NCBI GenBank assembly: GCA_016193335.1
Contig: JACPSK010000001.1
Coordinates: forward strand, 111,926 to 175,925
Reading direction: 5' to 3'
DNA: 64,000 nt
DNA from: Candidatus Magasanikiibacteriota bacterium
Lineage (GTDB): Bacteria > Patescibacteriota > Patescibacteriia > Magasanikbacterales > UBA922
Notes under the pieces: model-generated
Told to the model about the DNA's origin: nothing
What the model saw: the letters and a program-made list of their open reading frames with translations, nothing else
Databases searched by the model: none
Program-made: the position numbers and the translations under genes
Shown: in pieces, positions 57,725 to 64,000 of the stretch
How positions within the stretch are numbered: the first letter of the stretch is position 1
Layout: every line of letters starts with the position of its first letter

Positions 57725-58485
57725 ACTTTTTTTGCTACCAAAATAATACGAAACCCAAACATTGATTTCCACCAAGAAAAAATCCAATACTCCAAAGGAT
57801 ACCCGTATTTCATATACCATTTATATAAAGGGGATTGCATAATTTCCTGTGGCTCCGAGCCGTCTTTATTTACGCCTTTCACGGCAAAAAATCGCTTGAT
57901 AAGAGGCAAAAAAGCCCTTGTTACAAAAGGCGTGTAGTCCACGATCAAAACCTCGCATCCCGCGTTCTCTAGCAAGCGCTTGGCCGTTTTGAAGGTAAAA
58001 AAACGAATATGAGTTCTGTCCATGACTCCGGTGTCTGCGTACGCGAATCTTCCAAACAAAAAAGATAATCTGTAGAACCATGAGAGGGCGTTCGGCACTG
58101 ATATATATATGAGAGCTCCTGGGCGCAAAAAGCCAAGGTACTCTTTCAAAATCGAAAAAGGATCATACACGTGTTCGAGAACATCTGAAAAAACCAAAGC
58201 GTCAAATGGAAGCTCCCCAAGCTGCGCGCGCACTGATTCGGTGTCCGTTAAATCCGCTTGGATTACCCTATCGATTCTCTTTCCCGCGCTTCCCGCCGCT
58301 CCGGGATCCTGCTCTATACCCCAGACCTCGTAGCCTCTTTCTTTTATGGCGGCAGACAAAGCAGCTCTGCCGCAACCCACATCGAGGAGACGTTTTTTCT
58401 CCTGCGAAAAAAATGGGATATGTCTTAGTATTCCTTCATTTACCTCTTCTTGATAATGGTAGTGTTTTTCACGCAGACGTTCCAT
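57721..58485 (-). CDS. Class I SAM-dependent methyltransferase
   Basis: LLDVGCG, DVLEHV, SVPN and DRTHIRFF motifs. Confidence 0.88.
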   Translation of the reverse strand: MERLREKHYHYQEEVNEGILRHIPFFSQEKKRLLDVGCGRAALSAAIKERGYEVWGIEQDPGAAGSAGKRIDRVIQADLTDTESVRAQLGELPFDALVFSDVLEHVYDPFSILKEYLGFLRPGALIYISVPNALSWFYRLSFLFGRFAYADTGVMDRTHIRFFTFKTAKRLLENAGCEVLIVDYTPFVTRAFLPLIKRFFAVKGVNKDGSEPQEIMQSPLYKWYMKYGYPLEYWIFSWWKSMFGFRIILVAKKV

Positions 58486-58488
58486 ATA

Positions 58489-59781
58489 TCAGATCGGCGT
58501 TTGATTTAAGCGCTCAGAAAGCCCGATAGCTCGGCGCAAGCATTCATCAGAATTTATATATTCAAATTCCGCGAACCGTCCGCAAAGATCCACTTCGATG
58601 CTTTTGAAATATTCTCTCATGACTCGTATATTTTTGTAGTAATCCAAGGTGTAAACCGGATAACCATACCTGCATCTGGTGATGTCTGAAACAATAATAT
58701 CTTTCTTGTTCAAAATGCCGATGCGATCGAGGTCAGCGGAGCTTCGCTCAATAATATCGCTATCAGTCAATTCATGGATCCCATCTCCCGGGTTAGTCGT
58801 TATTTCTGCTATCAGAGACGAAGTGCCCGGCCGTACCAGATGTCTGCTGAAATAGCCCATAAAACAGACCCGATGCGGCAACACGCTTTGATCCGGTATA
58901 TACACAGCGCTTTTATCAAGGAGACTCTCGTTATTAACGGCCAGCAGAACCACGTTAATGGAATTAAAACGCAAATTATTCACCGCGTCTCTTACTTCTT
59001 TCGGCACTTCTTCAAAGCAGGATATTGCCTCATGTATTGGAAACGCAATGACTATTTTATCGAATTTTTTTTCCGTTTTTCCATCAGACAGCAACCAATG
59101 CGCTCCCGCTCTCCTTATGCTACGTATTTTGTAATTCAGCGTCAGTGTCTTGTCCGGGCCTCTCGGTTCCAAGGCCTTTACAAGAGCTTCGACACCCCCC
59201 CGGGTGGGGTAACGAAAATACAACTGGTGCCGGTAGCCTTCGGTTTCAATACCCAAAGCTGATTTTACCACGTCTTCCATAGGGGGCCGAGGAATGCGAT
59301 CCACCCATTCAAGGCTCATTTCTTCTGCCGGTATATTCCAAATTTTTTCATTATAAGGAATAAAATATTTTTCCGAAATCCCTTTTCCAAAGGTGTAATA
59401 GGCCCATTCTTTAAGATTGGTTTTGGGTTTGGGATAGTCTTTCAAAAGATAGCCCATCAAACATTCGTAGGTATCCTGCTTTTCCAAAGATCCCAAATCA
59501 TTTTCAAAAGGATATTTCACATAGCGGCCATGTAACAGTATTTTATTGGCGCGCTTGCATCTATTTATATTGCCTTCAAGAAGATGATCCACTATCTCAT
59601 TGATTTCTTGATGTTTTGAAAACAAAATATGGCCGCCGATATCATAGCCAAAACCATCTTTCCAAATCGTTTTGCACAGTCCTCCGGTGCTTGACGCGGC
59701 TTCCAGTATCTCGGCCGGATGCTTCAAATAATGTAGAAGAGCCACGCCGCTAATCCCTCCGCCAAGTATGCCTATATTCAT
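58489..59781 (-). CDS. FAD-dependent oxidoreductase (pyranose mutase/HemY-like)
   Basis: ILGGGISG, GGLC, DIGGH, YNEKIW, YPVY and GRFAEFEY motifs. Confidence 0.8.
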   Translation of the reverse strand: MNIGILGGGISGVALLHYLKHPAEILEAASSTGGLCKTIWKDGFGYDIGGHILFSKHQEINEIVDHLLEGNINRCKRANKILLHGRYVKYPFENDLGSLEKQDTYECLMGYLLKDYPKPKTNLKEWAYYTFGKGISEKYFIPYNEKIWNIPAEEMSLEWVDRIPRPPMEDVVKSALGIETEGYRHQLYFRYPTRGGVEALVKALEPRGPDKTLTLNYKIRSIRRAGAHWLLSDGKTEKKFDKIVIAFPIHEAISCFEEVPKEVRDAVNNLRFNSINVVLLAVNNESLLDKSAVYIPDQSVLPHRVCFMGYFSRHLVRPGTSSLIAEITTNPGDGIHELTDSDIIERSSADLDRIGILNKKDIIVSDITRCRYGYPVYTLDYYKNIRVMREYFKSIEVDLCGRFAEFEYINSDECLRRAIGLSERLNQTPI

Positions 59782-59822
59782 AGTATATCGTGGCATTATC
59801 CTAACACAGGCGTTTGATAAAC

Positions 59823-61217
59823 TCAATCCATCGATCGAGGAACTTTTTTTGCCCTTAATGATTTGCTAAAACCATAATATCCAAGCACGGCCGAAAGAAA
59901 CAAGAAAGGTTCGGCAGGCATCCTATAACGCACGTGCACGGTTGGTCCGGTTAAAAGCGCAAAGTAGGCGCATAAAGAAAAAAAGAGATACGCATGACGC
60001 CAACGGGGCTTCAGGCAAAGAGAAACAAGGCTGAAAAAAAATACCAAAGCCCACAATAGATGCTCAAATGGAAAAAATGACTGAGAAGAAAGGCGTCCCC
60101 ATACTTTGCCCAGGTCTTTCGCGTGGAATAAATCATCTATGAGAAGTGTCTTTTCAGGAAAAGGATTATATCTCCCATAGACAATCTCGAGAATATTTAC
60201 ATACATGTTTTTTGAACTGTTCCCAGCAAGAAATTGCGGAACGCGGCTCACGTGGAAAAGCGCAAAGCCTAAAGGATCTTCGAAAATATATTTTTTTATG
60301 ATCATGTTGAGCTCTCGGGCATGTTTGAATTCTTTGGCTTGATTTTCGGTTAAATTGTCTGTTTCACTGTAAAGCCTGAAGAGATTGGTCTCCACACTGT
60401 CACCATTTTTTTGACTTAAAAAAAGAGGAATATTAAAACTAAAAATATTATAGGATCCAAGTGATGAAATACCCCAGACTCCGGCCTCTGCTCTATTGCG
60501 GAGCATCCAGGGAAACAAGACTACGAAAAATCCAAACACAAACACCGTGAGATGGAGAAGCAAGGCTTTTGCCGACCTTTCTTTTCTCGTCAAAAGATAG
60601 TAAAAAAATAAAAAGGGAAGAGGCAAAAAAACGCCAATCGGCCTTATCAGAACAACATAGCCAATAAGGGATCCGGCTAGCAAAGCACGGAGCACGACTT
60701 TTTTCCCTTTGGCAAAGAAAAACAGATATACCGAAAGTACCGTAAAAAAAGTGAAAAAAATATCAGACATGACCGTAAGCGCATAAAACAAGGTAGACGC
60801 GTTGAATATATACAAAAAAGCCGCGACATAGCCCGCTCTCTGATGCATAAGACTGGAACCCATTTTGTACAACAAAATTGAAGTGCAAGCCACTGCAAGG
60901 ATCTGAACAAAGACCACCGCGTAATATGAATTAAAAAAAATCAAAATCATCGCGATCAAAAGTGGATATCCGGGGGTCCTAAAGTATTCTGGGTTGAAAG
61001 GCGCTTGAGAATCCAAGGAAAAAACTCCATGCTCTTTGATGTTCAGAGCCAAGCCGACATATTCTGAAGAATCTCCAAGTAAGACAGGAAAAGAAGGACC
61101 AATATCTTTGGGCTGAACTGAGACATAAAAAAATAATAAAACAGAAAGATACAAAACAGCGACCGCGAAAAACAAAACTGAATTCGGTTTCCACTTGAAT
61201 GCTCGAGTCAAGAACAT
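59823..61217 (-). CDS. GT-C (ArnT/PMT-like) membrane glycosyltransferase
   Basis: DSSEY..LA, RTPGYP, LIRP, PWMLRN and RYRMP motifs, many TM helices. Confidence 0.8.
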   Translation of the reverse strand: MFLTRAFKWKPNSVLFFAVAVLYLSVLLFFYVSVQPKDIGPSFPVLLGDSSEYVGLALNIKEHGVFSLDSQAPFNPEYFRTPGYPLLIAMILIFFNSYYAVVFVQILAVACTSILLYKMGSSLMHQRAGYVAAFLYIFNASTLFYALTVMSDIFFTFFTVLSVYLFFFAKGKKVVLRALLAGSLIGYVVLIRPIGVFLPLPFLFFYYLLTRKERSAKALLLHLTVFVFGFFVVLFPWMLRNRAEAGVWGISSLGSYNIFSFNIPLFLSQKNGDSVETNLFRLYSETDNLTENQAKEFKHARELNMIIKKYIFEDPLGFALFHVSRVPQFLAGNSSKNMYVNILEIVYGRYNPFPEKTLLIDDLFHAKDLGKVWGRLSSQSFFPFEHLLWALVFFFSLVSLCLKPRWRHAYLFFSLCAYFALLTGPTVHVRYRMPAEPFLFLSAVLGYYGFSKSLRAKKVPRSMD

Positions 61218-61256
61218 AAAATTAATATCGAATATAAATGATGCACTAGGTTCTCT

Positions 61257-61298
61257 CCAGAGCCCCGGCTCAAAAATAATTTTGAGCCGGGGCTCTGG
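61257..61298. repeat. Perfect 19-bp inverted repeat
   Basis: CCAGAGCCCCGGCTCAAAA-ATAA-TTTTGAGCCGGGGCTCTGG. Confidence 0.85.
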
Positions 61299-61476
61299 TA
61301 AATCAGACGAAATTATTTCTATTGCATTGGGGATTGAAAAAAATATGTTATAGTATACGTTATCACTCTGTAAGGGTCAATCCGTCCGCCCTTCAATCAT
61401 GCCAAGCCGGGCCTGGCTTGACTGAAAAGAAAGCAAGGCAGTATACTTTTGAGACCTTTATTGTCCTTCATGGCCT

Positions 61477-62580
61477 ATGACACAAACAAAGATACCCTGG
61501 TGGCTGCCTCAAACCGGCACGCCGGAAGAGCGAAAATACATCACGCAGGCCCTCGACGACAATTACATAAATGAAGGCGCTTTGACCGAAGCTTTTGAAT
61601 CCGCCATTGCCAAGCGTGTGGAAATTCCTTACGCCGTGTCTGCCACGAGCTGTACGGCCGCTTTGTTTATGTGCCTCAAGGCTTTTGATATCGGGCATGG
61701 AGACGAAGTTATTGTGCCAGACATGACCTTTATCGCAAGCGCGAACGCGGTGGACATGGCAGGAGCCATGCCTGTCTTGGTGGATGTCCGCCGTGAAGAC
61801 ATGACGATCGATATTGAGGCTGTTAAAAAAGCTATAAGCCCGGCAACTAAAGCAATCATACCTGTGCATGTCACCGGACGAGCGGCCGACATGGAAGCCA
61901 TCATGAAACTGGCCACAGAACGGAATCTCATTGTCATCGAAGACGCTGCAGAAGCTCTGATGTCCAAACACAAAGGAAAATACCTCGGAACCTGGGGGCA
62001 TGCCGGCTCTTATTCTTTTTCTCCAAACAAAACCATAACTACGGGGCAAGGCGGCATGGCCGTGACTCGAGACAAAACCATTTTTGAGCGTCTGCGTATG
62101 CTCAAAGATCAAGGCCGTCCGGTCCGAGGATCAGGGGGCGATGACATTCATCATACACGCGGCTATAATTTTAAATTTACCAATCTCCAGGCCGCGGTGG
62201 GTTTGGGCCAATTGCATTACCTCGATCGTCGAATCACCCGTATGCGTGAAATTTATGCATGGTACGCCGAAGGATTGCGAAAGGTGAAGAACGCCAGACT
62301 CTATCCTTGCGATCTCGAAGGAGGCGCGGTTCCTCAATGGACAGACATAAAGTTGGAGCAACGAGACGAGCTCGAAGCTTATCTTCGAGGATACAACATT
62401 GATTCACGCAAATACTGGCATCCTCTGCACACTCAGGCCCCCTACAAAAAAAACGATGATGAATTTTCAAACAGTATCGCATTGTCAAAGAGCTCATTAT
62501 GGCTGCCTTCAGCATTTACGCTTAATCAAGCGGATATAGAGACGGTCTATGAGCGAATTAATATGTTTCTGAATACCTAA
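61477..62580 (+). CDS. DegT/DnrJ/EryC1/StrS aminotransferase (perosamine synthase-like)
   Basis: IEDAAEA, SFSPNKTITTGQGG and GYNFK motifs; upstream TTGACT-N18-TATACT. Confidence 0.9.
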   Translation: MTQTKIPWWLPQTGTPEERKYITQALDDNYINEGALTEAFESAIAKRVEIPYAVSATSCTAALFMCLKAFDIGHGDEVIVPDMTFIASANAVDMAGAMPVLVDVRREDMTIDIEAVKKAISPATKAIIPVHVTGRAADMEAIMKLATERNLIVIEDAAEALMSKHKGKYLGTWGHAGSYSFSPNKTITTGQGGMAVTRDKTIFERLRMLKDQGRPVRGSGGDDIHHTRGYNFKFTNLQAAVGLGQLHYLDRRITRMREIYAWYAEGLRKVKNARLYPCDLEGGAVPQWTDIKLEQRDELEAYLRGYNIDSRKYWHPLHTQAPYKKNDDEFSNSIALSKSSLWLPSAFTLNQADIETVYERINMFLNT

Positions 62581-62706
62581 GTCTTAGCATTTGATTTGCG
62601 AAACTCAATAAACTCCTTAATAGAAAACTGCCAGAGTCCAGGCTCTGAGCGGGAATGAAAATTTTACTAAAACCATGCTCATCCCCCTGTAATCCTGTAA
62701 TCAGAA

Positions 62707-62859
62707 TTAAAAAAGAGTATAAATAAGTGGAGCCATTGCAGAAGTTCCCGCAAAAACAAACAAGGCCCCCAGCAATACAAACACCACGATGATGGGCAAG
62801 AGCCAAAATTTTTTCCTTATTTTCAAAAAACGCCACAAATTTTCTAACAACTCAATCAT
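62707..62859 (-). CDS. DUF5989/SxtK-like small membrane protein (50 aa)
   Basis: Below the ORF-track cutoff. Manual translation: MIELLENLWRFLKIRKKFWLLPIIVVFVLLGALFVFAGTSAMAPLIYTLF. Confidence 0.85.
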   Translation of the reverse strand: MIELLENLWRFLKIRKKFWLLPIIVVFVLLGALFVFAGTSAMAPLIYTLF

Positions 62860-62864
62860 AGTAT

Positions 62865-63275
62865 TTAAAATAAATCCTCCATAGAAGAGTTAAAAGGTTT
62901 GGCCACTCTATAGCTAAGCCCTTTTTTATCATATGTTCGTTGCATGGGATCTCTTCCCGCCAACCTCATTATAACGGCAACCGGCGTGATTATCAAATAA
63001 AACAATAAAAACAATAAAACCATGGTGCTCAGTCTACCCGCTATACTCGCAAACAGCATCCATACCGCGTATGGAAATCGCAGAAGTGAAGGTTTCAGCA
63101 AAACGATAGAAGCGCAAATCCAAGATATAAACCAAGGCCAACGCGGATAAACGCGACTCAATAAAAAAGGAAACAAGAACCCAAATAAGAGCGGAAACAC
63201 AAATGATACGGCCAAAAAGCTTTTTTTAATCTGTTCAAGTTCTATTTTTGTGTACTGTTCCCAGTCTTTTTTCAT
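62865..63275 (-). CDS. SxtJ family membrane protein
   Basis: TM helices and FYLIITP..IMRL.GRDP..R.....SY motif. Confidence 0.8.
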   Translation of the reverse strand: MKKDWEQYTKIELEQIKKSFLAVSFVFPLLFGFLFPFLLSRVYPRWPWFISWICASIVLLKPSLLRFPYAVWMLFASIAGRLSTMVLLFLLFYLIITPVAVIMRLAGRDPMQRTYDKKGLSYRVAKPFNSSMEDLF

Positions 63276-63293
63276 AGTGAAATACCTTTCTCG

Positions 63294-64000
63294 TTAATCC
63301 AGATGAAATTCTTCTTTCCACGAATCATTATAATCTTCTTTCTTTTGATCGGCTTTGCGAAGGATAAAATTGCCGAGGACCAAATAATCCATCCCTGTAC
63401 GCATAAAACACCGATAAGCATCTTCCGGCGTGCATACGATTGGCTCACCTCGCACATTAAATGAGGTGTTCACAAGCACAGGACAGCCTGTTCGCTCTTT
63501 AAATTTTTGTATCAAACGATGCATTTTCGAGTTTGTTTCTTTATGAACCGTTTGCACCCGTGCCGAATAATCCACATGAGTCACAGCCGGAATAGTGGAG
63601 CGAGGTATATTCAATTTGTCTATTCCAAAAAGCCGGTCTTGTTCCTCAGTCATGGGTATCCTTAGATTTGATTTCACGTCAGCCACCAAAAGCATGTAAG
63701 GACTCGGCCCGTTCAATTCGAAATACTCTTGTGCGTCTTCGGCCAAGACAATGGGGGCGAATGGCCGGAACGATTCACGATATTTTATCTTCACATTCAT
63801 AATGCTCTGCATCTTTTGATTGCGGGCGTCCCCTATAATGGATCTATTGCCAAGAGCACGAGGCCCAAATTCCATTCTATCTTGAAACCAACCGATAACT
63901 GCTCCGGATTCAAGAAGATAAGCCGTTTGGTCCAGCAATTCATCTTCAGTCTTTACTTCGTATGCCGCTCCGATAGAATCAAGATAATCTTTTATTTGAT
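63294..64000 (-). CDS. Carbamoyltransferase (NodU/CmcH/SxtI family), C-terminal part
   Basis: EFGPRALGNRS, RESFRPFAP, THVDYSARVQ and NTSFNVRGEPIV motifs; runs off the window end. Confidence 0.93.
   Translation of the reverse strand, partial: QIKDYLDSIGAAYEVKTEDELLDQTAYLLESGAVIGWFQDRMEFGPRALGNRSIIGDARNQKMQSIMNVKIKYRESFRPFAPIVLAEDAQEYFELNGPSPYMLLVADVKSNLRIPMTEEQDRLFGIDKLNIPRSTIPAVTHVDYSARVQTVHKETNSKMHRLIQKFKERTGCPVLVNTSFNVRGEPIVCTPEDAYRCFMRTGMDYLVLGNFILRKADQKKEDYNDSWKEEFHLD

Noticed and set aside
62707-64000. Saxitoxin biosynthesis
   Set aside because: Only the widespread sxtIJK-like triad is present, with no sxtA or sxtG-like genes in the window.
1-64000. CRISPR array, integron attC array, DGR, prophage, stop-codon reassignment
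   Set aside because: No regularly spaced repeats, RT, integrase or phage structural genes were seen by eye. Conserved genes are full length in the standard code and use TGA as a stop.

Overview
This 64-kb bacterial window is compact and AT-leaning, with mostly minus-strand genes. AT-rich leaders with few Shine-Dalgarno sites and the gene mix suggest a Patescibacteria/CPR (Parcubacteria-like) genome; this is inference, not a taxonomic test. Bases 1-22 kb are housekeeping: leuS (partial), an ECF sigma factor, an inositol monophosphatase, glutamate dehydrogenase, trxA, infB, a K+-independent membrane pyrophosphatase, rny, HU, corA, a class B PBP, pilT and two tRNAs. This part also holds a complete IS3-family element that truncates a GC-rich orphan gene. 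Bases 22-64 kb are a ~40-kb surface-glycan locus. It includes pseudaminic-acid genes (pseB, pseC, pseI, pseF, a PseH-like GNAT, no recognisable pseG), many sugar-tailoring enzymes, a Wzx flippase, glycosyltransferases and a carbamoyltransferase-SxtJ-DUF5989 triad. The best leads are: (1) a rod-shaped ~170-nt RNA between a consensus promoter and rny (6S RNA candidate); (2) a DUF218-GNAT fusion that may replace PseG; (3) a LeuRS with a degenerate editing-site motif; (4) dispersed AT-rich 7-mer inverted-repeat elements; (5) GC-rich orphan cassettes with their own promoters, some with structured leaders; (6) an IS3 whose orfB lies in the +1 rather than the -1 frame. All calls were made by eye from motifs; no searches or folding programs were run.
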